A DNA stretch of 64,000 nucleotides from Escherichia phage vB_EcoM_FT. This document shows, in pieces, positions 35,335 to 44,745 of this stretch. The position numbers were made by a program, and so were the translations under genes. The stretch lies in the sequence record MT682710.1; one strand, given 5' to 3'. Position 1 is the first letter of the stretch, and every line of letters starts with the position of its first letter. Under the pieces are notes generated by a model. The model worked only from the letters and a program-made list of their open reading frames with translations. It did no database searches and was not told where the DNA came from.

Positions 35335-35991
35335 ATGGCAGCACCTAGAATATCATTTTCGCCCTCTGATATTCTGTTTGGTGTTCTAGATCGCTTGTTC
35401 AAAGATAACGCTACCGGGAAAGTTCTTGCTTCCCGGGTAGCTGTCGTAATTCTTTTATTTATGATGGCGATTGTTTGGTATAGGGGAGATAGTTTCTTTG
35501 AGTACTATAAGCAATCAAAGTATGAAACATACAGTGAAATTATTGAAAAGGAAAGAAATGCACGCTTTGAATCTGTCGCCCTGGAACAACTCCAGATAGT
35601 TCATATATCATCTGAGGCAGACTTTAGTGCGGTGTATTCTTTCCGCCCTAAAAACTTAAACTATTTTGTTGATATTATAGCATATGAAGGAAAATTACCT
35701 TCAACAATAAGTGAAAAATCACTTGGAGGATATCCTGTTGATAAAACTATGGATGAATATACAGTTCATTTAAATGGACGTCATTATTATTCCGACTCAA
35801 AATTTGCTTTTTTACCAACTAAAAAGCCTACTCCCGAAATAAACTACATGTACAGTTGTCCATATTTTAATTTGGATAATATCTATGCTGGAACAATAAC
35901 CATGTACTGGTATAGAAATGATCATATAAGTAATGACCGCCTTGAATCAATATGTGCTCAGGCGGCCAGAATATTAGGAAGGGCTAAATAA
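35335..35991 (+). CDS. t: holin t
   Basis: 218 aa, matches recalled T4 holin sequence and length. Confidence 0.95.
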   Translation: MAAPRISFSPSDILFGVLDRLFKDNATGKVLASRVAVVILLFMMAIVWYRGDSFFEYYKQSKYETYSEIIEKERNARFESVALEQLQIVHISSEADFSAVYSFRPKNLNYFVDIIAYEGKLPSTISEKSLGGYPVDKTMDEYTVHLNGRHYYSDSKFAFLPTKKPTPEINYMYSCPYFNLDNIYAGTITMYWYRNDHISNDRLESICAQAARILGRAK

Positions 35992-36264
35992 TTATTTGTT
36001 CGTATACATCTCTAGATATCGATATACACCCTCAAAACCCTCGTTGAATTCGTCGATGAGGGTTTTCTTATCTTCTTGAGTTAATTCAGAAACAATTTTA
36101 CGAAATGAATTCTGATTTAACTTTCTATCTTCATGCGTTACTCCAATCTCATTCAGAAATGCAATAAAATTAGCACGATTCTCAACAATATCTTCTCTGG
36201 AAAATTTAATCAAAATAGACGCAACAGTAATAATTTCACGAACTGTATCAATGTTTTTATTCAT
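35992..36264 (-). CDS. asiA: anti-sigma70 factor AsiA
   Basis: 90 aa, matches recalled T4 AsiA. Confidence 0.95.
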   Translation of the reverse strand: MNKNIDTVREIITVASILIKFSREDIVENRANFIAFLNEIGVTHEDRKLNQNSFRKIVSELTQEDKKTLIDEFNEGFEGVYRYLEMYTNK

Positions 36265-36276
36265 TAACTATACCAC

Positions 36277-36429
36277 TCAATTAGTTGACTTTGTTATAAT
36301 ATCATCAGACGTTTGATTTGTAAACTGGTCTGTGTTATTTTCTTCAAAAATTTTTTCTACGAATTCCTTGAACGACTCACGTTCCTGAGCTACATTATGC
36401 TCGATTACCATTTCAAGATTATAACTCAT
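36277..36429 (-). CDS. small hypothetical protein (50 aa)
   Basis: Own translation; ATGA coupling to arn stop. Confidence 0.4.
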   Translation of the reverse strand: MSYNLEMVIEHNVAQERESFKEFVEKIFEENNTDQFTNQTSDDIITKSTN

Positions 36430-36704
36430 TCGAAATAATCTTCAATTTCATAATCATGGACATAAATCATTATAGTTTTTAATACATCATCAATACTTTT
36501 TCCTGGAGCTGGAATTACGTAAAAATATCCTGCTTTTGAGAGGTCTTTATAAGTTCCAATCAAGAAATCATTATTCTCAAGATGTAGTTCTTCAACTAAT
36601 TCATTAACAATTGAGTGGTATAAATTTGGTAGAAACTTATATAGCTTTTCTAGAATATCAATTTTGATTGTATATTGAACCACAGATTGAGAATCAATAA
36701 TCAT
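36426..36704 (-). CDS. arn: Arn, anti-restriction inhibitor of McrBC
   Basis: 92 aa, matches recalled T4 Arn. Confidence 0.9.
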   Translation of the reverse strand: MIIDSQSVVQYTIKIDILEKLYKFLPNLYHSIVNELVEELHLENNDFLIGTYKDLSKAGYFYVIPAPGKSIDDVLKTIMIYVHDYEIEDYFE

Positions 36705-36787
36705 AGACCTTCCCCTTATGTTTCTGTTTGCGATTAGATTCTTTAAACGCTTTCTTCTTATCTTTATGGACAGAAGCTTTATTAAAA

Positions 36788-37006
36788 TTATGTTTTGCGA
36801 CTAAATTGTTCATAATGCTGAATTACCTCTCTTAAACATTTGCATGTGAATGAAAACTTTTTAGCTACACCACATTCAAATATATGTTCTCTTAAATCAC
36901 GTGTATCAGTATATCCCATCTCAACAATAAAATGCCGTATTAGATTTTTATCTTTATCATTGAGAGAATTAAAATAATCAGATTTTGAATTAATTTCCCT
37001 GGCCAA
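36788..37006 (-). CDS. hypothetical protein
   Basis: ORF track, 72 aa. Confidence 0.5.
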   Translation of the reverse strand: MAREINSKSDYFNSLNDKDKNLIRHFIVEMGYTDTRDLREHIFECGVAKKFSFTCKCLREVIQHYEQFSRKT

Positions 37007-37286
37007 ATTGAATCACCTTCAGTTGACGTTTTAATTCTTTTATCATTTCTTCGTTCATCGCAATATAAAGATCGCGTAAAGCAGGTTTTAGCATTCCATT
37101 TACCGGAAAACTAAATGGGCATACATAATCTTTTCCTACGAGCTTTTTAGTGAATTCCATATCACAGAACTGAAATGCCGGTTCATTTGTATAAATTCCC
37201 CAATTAGTTGACATCATTTTATTGGCATATTCCAACGCCTGGATTTGATTCTTAATTCCATCAATTTGAAACTTTTTAATATTCAT
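36990..37286 (-). CDS. hypothetical protein
   Basis: ORF track, 98 aa. Confidence 0.55.
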   Translation of the reverse strand: MNIKKFQIDGIKNQIQALEYANKMMSTNWGIYTNEPAFQFCDMEFTKKLVGKDYVCPFSFPVNGMLKPALRDLYIAMNEEMIKELKRQLKVIQFGQGN

Positions 37287-37753
37287 TAGTAAAGGTCCTC
37301 AGAGTAAAGTTCTTTTTCACTACCACCACGTTCAATACGCACTTGTCCAGCGTAAGTTGCAATAATCATTGCTTCTTCACGTGTCCAGTAATTGCTATAC
37401 TGGTCAATAAATCCTTGGTCTTCACCACAAACATGGTCTGATACAAGTTTATCACTTACCTGGTCAAGAACTTCAGCCATATCTTTAGAATAATGACGAG
37501 CACCAGGAATAACCAGAGTCCCACCATCTTTTAACTTAAAGCGGTTGGCTGCACACACAATTCGACGTTGATATTTTTCATTATTGTTCCAATGAGCTAC
37601 TTGCCAACAGATTTCAGGAACCTCTTCTAAAACATCCTCTTCCGTATATTCGGTGTAGTCGCCATAGGCCTGTAATTTAGCTGCTAGACTTTCTGGAGTT
37701 TCACGTAATAAAGCCAGGTCTAATAATTCAAGACGCTCTTTGAAGGTTTTCAT
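37286..37753 (-). CDS. hypothetical protein
   Basis: ORF track, 155 aa. Confidence 0.6.
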   Translation of the reverse strand: MKTFKERLELLDLALLRETPESLAAKLQAYGDYTEYTEEDVLEEVPEICWQVAHWNNNEKYQRRIVCAANRFKLKDGGTLVIPGARHYSKDMAEVLDQVSDKLVSDHVCGEDQGFIDQYSNYWTREEAMIIATYAGQVRIERGGSEKELYSEDLY

Positions 37754-37905
37754 TTGGTTTCCTCAACACTTTTAATTTTTATAGCTTGTTTAGAACTTTC
37801 AAAGCATTGACAATATACTCTTACCGCATCAAACTGGTTGGCCGCTTTAAGATGGACTACACCTTCGCCGTTATAAAATTCTACGACAATTTTAAATGTT
37901 TTCAT
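37750..37905 (-). CDS. small hypothetical protein (51 aa)
   Basis: Own translation; ATGA overlaps at both ends. Confidence 0.45.
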   Translation of the reverse strand: MKTFKIVVEFYNGEGVVHLKAANQFDAVRVYCQCFESSKQAIKIKSVEETK

Positions 37906-38231
37906 TTAAACCATCCTTTAATACGTTGCCATAAAGTTTTCTGTTGAGCTTTGTTAACACCAATTGAGCGAATAACTGGTTGAGATTCATGGAATTCTTT
38001 ATAATCAGCAAGGTAAATTTCGTAAGCTGAATCCATAAAGGAACTTATAGCTGCCATGAAATTATTGCGAATACCTACTGGAGCATCTTTACTTTCACGA
38101 ATAATCATGTATTTGCCAGTCTTAATCTTTACGATAGTTCCAAGATAAGCTCCATGGTACCAGATGTCCCAACCCTCTTGAGTAGGTTCTACACAACGAC
38201 GAAGTTCATTGACAATTTCTAACTTGTTCAT
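37902..38231 (-). CDS. hypothetical protein
   Basis: ORF track, 109 aa. Confidence 0.6.
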   Translation of the reverse strand: MNKLEIVNELRRCVEPTQEGWDIWYHGAYLGTIVKIKTGKYMIIRESKDAPVGIRNNFMAAISSFMDSAYEIYLADYKEFHESQPVIRSIGVNKAQQKTLWQRIKGWFK

Positions 38232-38241
38232 TATTTATTCC

Positions 38242-38877
38242 TCACAGTTCAGATGCTACAGTGATTACAGCTTCAATGTTTTCTGCCGAACGTTTAATGT
38301 CAAGATACACATTACCGTTTTTAGCGATTTTACATGACATTCCGATGTCAGTAAATTTCTGAATATGATGTTCCATCATTTTGTATCCAAAAATTCGCAT
38401 ATTTCCATTGTTGTTAATTTCAAAATTACGAATTCCGTGAGTGCGTTTTTCTAAAATAGCGAGATAGTTACTGCGGTAAGTTTCAACCTTTTTAAGAACA
38501 AATCCATTTTCATCTAAAAGTTTTAACATGAAGTCTTTATCTTCTTCCATATCAGAAGTAATTTCGCGAGCTTTACGAGTTGCTCGTTTTTTCAGCAGTT
38601 CCGGAGCGTTTTCCTGTGCGTATAAAGTTGCTGCATTTGAAATAATATCCTGAGCTTCACCAGTAATGATTAATCCATCACCAGATTTCTCCACCAGGCC
38701 TTTTTTAATCAATACCCCAATATTACTATTAACTACTGCATTGCCTAAATCTGGATGCACCTCACGAACTTCTGCAGCTGTAATGAAATCTTTCTTAGCA
38801 ATGGTAATTAAAATCGCAGCAGTTTTTTCATTCAGAATATCGTTAGAAGCTTTGATGATGTAAGTTACTTTAGACAT
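38242..38877 (-). CDS. motA: middle transcription activator MotA
   Basis: 211 aa, matches recalled T4 MotA. Confidence 0.95.
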   Translation of the reverse strand: MSKVTYIIKASNDILNEKTAAILITIAKKDFITAAEVREVHPDLGNAVVNSNIGVLIKKGLVEKSGDGLIITGEAQDIISNAATLYAQENAPELLKKRATRKAREITSDMEEDKDFMLKLLDENGFVLKKVETYRSNYLAILEKRTHGIRNFEINNNGNMRIFGYKMMEHHIQKFTDIGMSCKIAKNGNVYLDIKRSAENIEAVITVASEL

Positions 38878-38914
38878 TTTAATCTCCGTTTCAGTTCATT
38901 TATTTGATAGGTCT

Positions 38915-38944
38915 ATAGTATCATGTTTAAAGCAGAAGTAAACA
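38915..38944 (-). promoter_or_regulatory. T4-type early promoter upstream of motA
   Basis: minus-strand GTTTAC, 18 bp, TACTAT. Confidence 0.55.
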
Positions 38945-38982
38945 CTTTTTTGCACTCTTTTTCAAGAGCTCTAATAAAGTAC

Positions 38983-39210
38983 TTACTTAATGTTCAGATT
39001 ACGAACTTCGATTTCGTCTTCATGGGCAAAATCAAACTGTTTGAATTCTGTGTCACCTTTAAATTTAAAAATCATTGTGAAGAAAGTCAGAACACCAGGT
39101 TTTTCTTCACGAACTCCACAGATATCATATTCAATACCATCTACAACCAGTTTGTTAGCAGTCAGAGCATTTTTAGCTTTAACGATTTCGTTTTCGATTT
39201 TAAATTTCAT
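38983..39210 (-). CDS. hypothetical protein (motA.1 position)
   Basis: ORF track, 75 aa. Confidence 0.6.
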   Translation of the reverse strand: MKFKIENEIVKAKNALTANKLVVDGIEYDICGVREEKPGVLTFFTMIFKFKGDTEFKQFDFAHEDEIEVRNLNIK

Positions 39211-39258
39211 TTTTTGTATCTCCGGGTTGTTTGTTTCAGTTCATTTATTTGATAGTTG

Positions 39259-39289
39259 TATAGTACCACAGTATGCTTTGGTTGTAAAC
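39259..39289 (-). promoter_or_regulatory. T4-type early promoter (repeated cassette)
   Basis: GTTTAC...TACTAT; shares identical blocks with 22453-22492 and 42896-42935. Confidence 0.55.
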
Positions 39290-39320
39290 CGTTTTGTGAA
39301 AAAATTTTTGAAATAAAAAA

Positions 39321-39340
39321 GGGAGAGCCGAGGCTCTCCC
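39321..39340 (-). terminator. intrinsic terminator after gene 52 operon
   Basis: gggagagc-cgag-gctctccc hairpin with U-run on mRNA. Confidence 0.65.
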
Positions 39341-39345
39341 TAAAA

Positions 39346-39495
39346 TTACTGCATGACTGTGATAACTGTCATGATAACACGTTGAATTCCGAACGCAAGA
39401 AGACCTCCTGCTACGGCAGGAACAACACCTAAACCCGCCAGTAAAATGCCACCAGATACTAATGCAGCGCTTGTGATACCAATGAATGGACTCAT
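39346..39495 (-). CDS. small glycine-zipper membrane peptide (49 aa)
   Basis: Own translation MSPFIGITSAALVSGGILLAGLGVVPAVAGGLLAFG... Confidence 0.4.
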   Translation of the reverse strand: MSPFIGITSAALVSGGILLAGLGVVPAVAGGLLAFGIQRVIMTVITVMQ

Positions 39496-40820
39496 TTGAT
39501 TTCCTCTAAATCTTTGGTGTATTCTGTAACTACATCAGTAGTTTTCCAATATTCGTTTTCTTCTTTTTTGGCTTTAGCTTCTTCAGCAAGTTTCTTTGCT
39601 TCGTCGGAAGTCATATGAAAAATGTTCATTCCAACTAGTTTATCAACATAAGAAGAATACATATCAATTTTAGAAAGTTCTTCGGTCAGTTCTTTGCGAG
39701 TTTTACCTTGTACAACAATTTCACCTGAAATTACTTTCTTAATGAAATGTGCCTTGGCAAAAGCTAAACGAAATGCTGATTCAGTTTCTTTGATTTTGTT
39801 ATCAATTCGTTTTTGGACATAAGTTTTACGAACTTCAACGAAGTCTTTGATTAAATCAACTACATTATCGTAAACTTGCAGCTTTCCTTTCTCATTAATG
39901 ACGGTAATATTCTGGGAACGACGCTCAATCAACCCGAAGTCTTTCATAATTTTTGCATGGCGTTCTTCTTCATTATCGCTCAAAGAGTATTCTTTTCGGA
40001 ATTTAACTTTGAAGCCAAAGCCATGCTCACCACAAGCATCATCCCATGTAATGAAGCCTTTATCTTCAAGCGGGTCTAAGATTTTACTCACATAAGTTTC
40101 ACGATCATACTTATATGGAATCTCAGTGATATGCATTTGAGTTCGTGAAGTAAACTTATATGTTCCACGAATTTCATATTGCCCATCAATTTCAACGACT
40201 TCACCACGAAATTCTGGGAATTCTACCTTCGGTTTAGTTACTTTCTTTCCTTGAAGAGCTTGCAGTACAGCTTTCTTGACAGAAGAAACACTATGAGGAA
40301 GAATGTAAGTTGCATAACCAGTTGCAATACCGGAAACGCCATTAAGAAGAACAGTAGGAATAATAGGCAAATAGAAAGCAGGCGGAATGTGTTCTTTATC
40401 TTGATGTACTGGAGCATATTCAGTATCTTTATATACGTTATAGAAATTTTTACTTACACGAGCAAAAATATAACGACTTGCTGCTGCCTTTTGGACAGTA
40501 CGAGAACCAAAGTTTCCTTGACCGTCTAACAGAGGAAAGTTATTATTCCAAGTGTTAGCCATCAAAGCACCTGCGTCTTGCGCAGAGTTTTCACCATGAT
40601 GATATCCAAGGTCCGCTACACCGCCTGCGATAGAAGCGAGTTTGTGAAACTTATCTTTATTTCCTCGTGCCAAATCAAGAGCTCGAGCAATAACAAATCG
40701 TTGAACTGGCTTAAATCCGTCAATCATATTTGGAATGGCACGATTTTCAACCGTGTACATAGCATAAGCCAATGCTTCATTATCAATGATACTTTTTAAA
40801 TCACGATTATTCAGTTGCAT
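39492..40820 (-). CDS. 52: DNA topoisomerase II medium subunit gp52
   Basis: 442 aa as T4 gp52; GyrA-like. Confidence 0.95.
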   Translation of the reverse strand: MQLNNRDLKSIIDNEALAYAMYTVENRAIPNMIDGFKPVQRFVIARALDLARGNKDKFHKLASIAGGVADLGYHHGENSAQDAGALMANTWNNNFPLLDGQGNFGSRTVQKAAASRYIFARVSKNFYNVYKDTEYAPVHQDKEHIPPAFYLPIIPTVLLNGVSGIATGYATYILPHSVSSVKKAVLQALQGKKVTKPKVEFPEFRGEVVEIDGQYEIRGTYKFTSRTQMHITEIPYKYDRETYVSKILDPLEDKGFITWDDACGEHGFGFKVKFRKEYSLSDNEEERHAKIMKDFGLIERRSQNITVINEKGKLQVYDNVVDLIKDFVEVRKTYVQKRIDNKIKETESAFRLAFAKAHFIKKVISGEIVVQGKTRKELTEELSKIDMYSSYVDKLVGMNIFHMTSDEAKKLAEEAKAKKEENEYWKTTDVVTEYTKDLEEIK

Positions 40821-40824
40821 AAAT

Positions 40825-40965
40825 TTACCATACTAGTGAATGTAGTGCCATAATAACATCAGAAATGAAAAGCACGACTTGAATTAATCCGAACATTATT
40901 CCGTAATATAATGCTATCAATAAAATAGCAAGGGCTAATGAATAGCCCAAGATTTTCTTAATCAT
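40825..40965 (-). CDS. small hydrophobic peptide (52.1 position)
   Basis: Own translation, 46 aa, overlaps ac end. Confidence 0.4.
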   Translation of the reverse strand: MIKKILGYSLALAILLIALYYGIMFGLIQVVLFISDVIMALHSLVW

Positions 40966-41116
40966 TAGTAGATAACAACACAAATGTTAAATATGCACAC
41001 ATACCCTGAGCTAAAGCTTGCGAAAACACACTGCTGGCATCAATACAGATAGTTAAAACACATGCTACTATCCAACAAATAAATGAAATAACTCCTAATA
41101 ATTTTGCGATATTCAT
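40958..41116 (-). CDS. ac: acriflavine-resistance membrane peptide
   Basis: Own translation MNIAKLLGVISFICWIVACVL..., position between 52 and stp. Confidence 0.7.
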   Translation of the reverse strand: MNIAKLLGVISFICWIVACVLTICIDASSVFSQALAQGMCAYLTFVLLSTND

Positions 41117-41123
41117 ATTTTCC

Positions 41124-41204
41124 TCACTGGCGTCCGAAGACGCCTTTAGTTTTAAGATTATTACGATAAAACTGCATCACGTGTTCGTTGTGGAAATTAC
41201 TCAT
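41124..41204 (-). CDS. stp: Stp peptide (modulator of host EcoprrI/PrrC)
   Basis: Own translation [26 protein letters not shown] (26 aa) matches recalled T4 Stp; TAATG coupling to ndd. Confidence 0.85.
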
Positions 41205-41662
41205 TAATATGCCTGCAAAACGAATTTAAAATTATCAGCCAACATACGGTTCATTTCTTCAAGTGTTTGATACTCAGAATGATGATTACGAGTAAACGCT
41301 AAAGCTAACTGTCCTTTTCCAAATCCCGTCGTCAGAGGTTTCATCTTAGAAGCAGGCAGATAAAATACTGTGTATACCATATTGTTATTTGCAATAGTAC
41401 GTGCAAGCTGAGACCGACGTTGACGAATATGACTTAGAACTGCACTGAATCCTTGCTTAGAACGCTGATTACCTACATAAAATCGTGCAGACACACATGG
41501 ATTACTAAATGGACGACCATCTAATTTACTTACTAAAAAGTAAAATCCAGGTTTAGATAAAATATCTTTATGCGGAGTTCCCAAAAACCACTCACCACCC
41601 TTGATTGTACCAATAACAGTTGCGCCTGCATTGTTCAGATCAGTAACAGTCATGTATTTCAT
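41204..41662 (-). CDS. ndd: nucleoid disruption protein Ndd
   Basis: 152 aa at T4 ndd position and size. Confidence 0.82.
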
Positions 41663-41721
41663 TTTAATTTCCTCTAATTATTTTCTACTCCAAGGCCGCA
41701 TGAATACACGCGGCCATTAAA

Positions 41722-41937
41722 TTAATCGTCACAGTCGACGCTCAATTCCCAAAACTCTTCTACAGTATAAGTTTCAGTATCATTTTCAATACAGAAACGT
41801 TCATTACTGTTATTTACTAAAGTAGCGTTAACTGTCATTTTCTCGCTGGTGCTCTTAAGAGGCGAAATACGAATTAACTGATCACCGTTATCTAAACAAA
41901 AAATTTCACCAACTTTTACATCTTTAAAGATTTTCAT
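41722..41937 (-). CDS. hypothetical protein
   Basis: ORF track, 71 aa. Confidence 0.55.
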   Translation of the reverse strand: MKIFKDVKVGEIFCLDNGDQLIRISPLKSTSEKMTVNATLVNNSNERFCIENDTETYTVEEFWELSVDCDD

Positions 41938-42398
41938 AATTCACCTCAAGGAGTATAAAATCCGAATGCAGTTGTTGACCATCCCATCCAATATGGAAAA
42001 TTTGCACCAATGTAAAACATAAGAATATAAAACCAACCGCTCAACAAATTCATCATTTTACACCATTCCAAATTGTTTCAACTACGGATTTTAAGCCATT
42101 TTGATGAATATCCATTCCGACTACCGCCATCAAATAGATTCCAACTACAACTGAACCTAAGGCAAAAATCAGCATAAAAATGAATAAAGCCGGAAAATAT
42201 TATCGAAAAACCATTCAATAAATGTAAAAGCACTGCGTTTACGCTTCATATTTTCCTCACATAAATCCAAAGTAAACGTTTAATACATCAATCATTAAAA
42301 CGATTGGGAATATACTCAAAACTATTAGTATTATAACTACATTCCATATAGCTTTAACAATCTTTTTCATTTTCTGTTCCTCCGTAGTTGATAGGGTA

Positions 42399-42429
42399 AT
42401 AGTACCACGGAAGAACAGTCTTGTAAACA
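42399..42429 (-). promoter_or_regulatory. T4-type early promoter
   Basis: GTTTAC...TACTAT on minus strand. Confidence 0.5.
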
Positions 42430-42613
42430 ACTTTTTTAAAAATATTCGTAATAAATGTGAATACCAACTACTACCGCTGAAACCTGTGCAACCCACCACG
42501 CACAAGCAATAAGTACAGAATTCATAATTTTCATAATAACCTCATTACAAAAGTAAATGTTAAACAAATTACTGGAATACTAATTAACCAAACAAAACAC
42601 CACCATAGTGAAC

Positions 42614-42877
42614 TCATAGCTCAATCTCAGCGATTTTCATTTCATTACTATTAATAGCCGCTTTAAGACTATCTGAAAGAATTACATTCCAATGGTCATT
42701 CATATGACCACTAACTAAGCGTGTAATTTCTTCGGGAGTTGAAAAATAAGGCGTATCAGACTCCCAATGCGATAATCCTAAGCGAGTATAAATCATACCT
42801 TCATCATCGCTAGAATATTCAACTGACACAAACTCATCAGTTATTTTATGTTTAGCGTAATAAAATTTAAATTTCAT
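42614..42877 (-). CDS. hypothetical protein
   Basis: ORF track, 87 aa. Confidence 0.55.
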   Translation of the reverse strand: MKFKFYYAKHKITDEFVSVEYSSDDEGMIYTRLGLSHWESDTPYFSTPEEITRLVSGHMNDHWNVILSDSLKAAINSNEMKIAEIEL

Positions 42878-42904
42878 TTTCCGCTCCTCCGTAGTTGATA
42901 GTTG

Positions 42905-42935
42905 TATAGTACCACAGTATGCTTTGGTTGTAAAC
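42905..42935 (-). promoter_or_regulatory. T4-type early promoter (repeated cassette)
   Basis: 40-nt block identical to 39249-39288. Confidence 0.55.
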
Positions 42936-42951
42936 AGTTTTGTGAAAATTT

Positions 42952-43509
42952 TTAAATGGAAAGATACCAGCCGTTGTAATTGCTTTTTCTTACAACCTTA
43001 CGAAGGTCTTCTCTATCACCGATGAACTTCGGAGTGTACTGGATGACACCTGGATGAATTTCTTTAGTGTTGAATATAATTATACAGTCAGCGACTTGAT
43101 GATTTAGAATGGGCCCTAGATTTATTCCAGAACCATATGGATACTCTCCGCTGCATCCCGTTGTTACCGAAATCCAACGCGAGTCAGTTTGATGTGTCTT
43201 AACTTCTACACGGAGCCCACAGTATTTTGGATGTGCCAAAACATCCCATGCATATGTGTACGGATCATCGACATCTTCTTGACCTTTGTTAACATATCCA
43301 CTCAACCAATCTGCTACCACATACTCGGCATACACAGCAATACGGCATCTTTCGATAACTTCTGCCTTATCCTGATTTGGGTTTTGTTTTAAAGAGTATC
43401 TTGCAGTATCAGCAATTTTGGCCTTCATTTCACTAGTCAAGTCACTGTTAGATAGTGTAAATGACGGAATCTGAAATAGTCTCTGCAAACCCGGATTCGT
43501 TTTCTGCAT
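42952..43509 (-). CDS. denB: endonuclease IV
   Basis: 185 aa at T4 denB position and length. Confidence 0.82.
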   Translation of the reverse strand: MQKTNPGLQRLFQIPSFTLSNSDLTSEMKAKIADTARYSLKQNPNQDKAEVIERCRIAVYAEYVVADWLSGYVNKGQEDVDDPYTYAWDVLAHPKYCGLRVEVKTHQTDSRWISVTTGCSGEYPYGSGINLGPILNHQVADCIIIFNTKEIHPGVIQYTPKFIGDREDLRKVVRKSNYNGWYLSI

Positions 43510-43555
43510 TTAAACTTTCCTTTATGTCGGAATCATAATTTCTCTTAAAACAAAA

Positions 43556-43567
43556 GGGCCGAAGCCC
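43556..43567 (-). terminator. C(UUCG)G hairpin with U-run
   Basis: gggccgaagccc followed on mRNA strand by UUUUGUUUU. Confidence 0.6.
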
Positions 43568-43572
43568 TTATT

Positions 43573-43767
43573 TTATTTGAATTGTGCAATTCTTTTCTCT
43601 AGACATTCAGCATAAGATTTCATTGAGATGAATTGTGAAAGCAGCAGTTCTTGCTCAACTGCACTAACCGTTAGAAACTTTGTGCTTTCTAAAAATTTGC
43701 TCAGTGCATTAATTTTGAGCATTAATTGATCGTATTCTTCTTTTACTCGTGCTTGATAACCTAACAT
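43573..43767 (-). CDS. hypothetical protein
   Basis: ORF track, 64 aa. Confidence 0.55.
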   Translation of the reverse strand: MLGYQARVKEEYDQLMLKINALSKFLESTKFLTVSAVEQELLLSQFISMKSYAECLEKRIAQFK

Positions 43768-43783
43768 AATTTTCCTTAGTTAA

Positions 43784-43795
43784 GGGCCGAAGCCC
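43784..43795 (-). other. C(UUCG)G hairpin just upstream of the SD of the 43767 ORF
   Basis: gggccgaagccc. Confidence 0.55.
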
Positions 43796-44734
43796 TTATT
43801 TAAATTGCTCAGTAACGTCTTCAACTACTTCGTATTGGCAGGTACGCATTTTAGCATCGTTGTAATCAATCGGAATTGATACTACATCACGCGGATGTAC
43901 TTTAACTTTTACAACTCGGCTAGTTGAACTACCAAAGTGACGAATATAAGATTTAGAACACACATGCAGACCACGAGAACAAGTTTGTGTATCATCGTCA
44001 TTCACACGAGTACGTGGCATTTTAACTACTTTACCAGGACTGTTATCAAAGGTGTTTGAGTGACAGTCAAAGTAATTGCTGCGAACTACTTTCCAAGCAT
44101 AGAAGTAACCATCTTCTGTAATTTCAATATCGTTTGCTACCAAGAAATCAAAGAGTCGAGATACCGCTTTCTGGCTTGGGTTTTCCAGCAGATTTTCCAA
44201 GAACGGAAAATAAAATTCAAAGTTTTCGCCTTTTTCCATCGAGTCAAGAATACGATCAACCAAACCAGACCGCAATTCAATATTTTGATAGAATAAGCTT
44301 CCACCTTCAATTCGAACATCGCCGGAAATATATTTTTCAACAGCGCGACGAACATTAATTTTTTGTGCCGCTTCTTCTAACTTATCTGCTACGAGCAGAT
44401 TAAGAATTTCCTGGAAGTTTGAATGTGTATTAGGAGTTGCGTTATAAGTTACACCGTCAACAGTAATTGAAATGAATTTTTTAGAAGCATTCCAAATAAT
44501 GTCAGATTTAGCAACTGGAGCAATAATTGCATCGCTATTAACTTTAACTGTAATATCACCGCTAATAGTAACTTTAGAGCGTTTAGCTTCTTCAGCATTT
44601 TTCAAAACACGACGGATTGTGTCAACCGATACACCTTGCCAATCAGCCAATTCCTGTTGGGTGTAATTACCACTTGAATACAATTTAACAATTTCAGCTT
44701 GTTCGTTTTTGGTCAGGCATTTAATATTGTACAT
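43796..44734 (-). CDS. rIIB: rapid-lysis protein rIIB
   Basis: 312 aa as T4 rIIB. Confidence 0.95.
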   Translation of the reverse strand: MYNIKCLTKNEQAEIVKLYSSGNYTQQELADWQGVSVDTIRRVLKNAEEAKRSKVTISGDITVKVNSDAIIAPVAKSDIIWNASKKFISITVDGVTYNATPNTHSNFQEILNLLVADKLEEAAQKINVRRAVEKYISGDVRIEGGSLFYQNIELRSGLVDRILDSMEKGENFEFYFPFLENLLENPSQKAVSRLFDFLVANDIEITEDGYFYAWKVVRSNYFDCHSNTFDNSPGKVVKMPRTRVNDDDTQTCSRGLHVCSKSYIRHFGSSTSRVVKVKVHPRDVVSIPIDYNDAKMRTCQYEVVEDVTEQFK

Positions 44735-44745
44735 AATTTTCCTTA

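Noticed and set aside
38928-38934. TGCTTTA MotA box upstream of motA
   Set aside because: Spacing to the -10 is only about 7 bp; the same -10 fits an early promoter with GTTTAC at the canonical 18-bp spacing.
22420-42950. Repeated 40-60 bp sequences as a CRISPR array or transposon ends
   Set aside because: Repeats are dispersed, not regularly spaced, and correspond to promoter -35/-10 and terminator elements; no cas or transposase genes.
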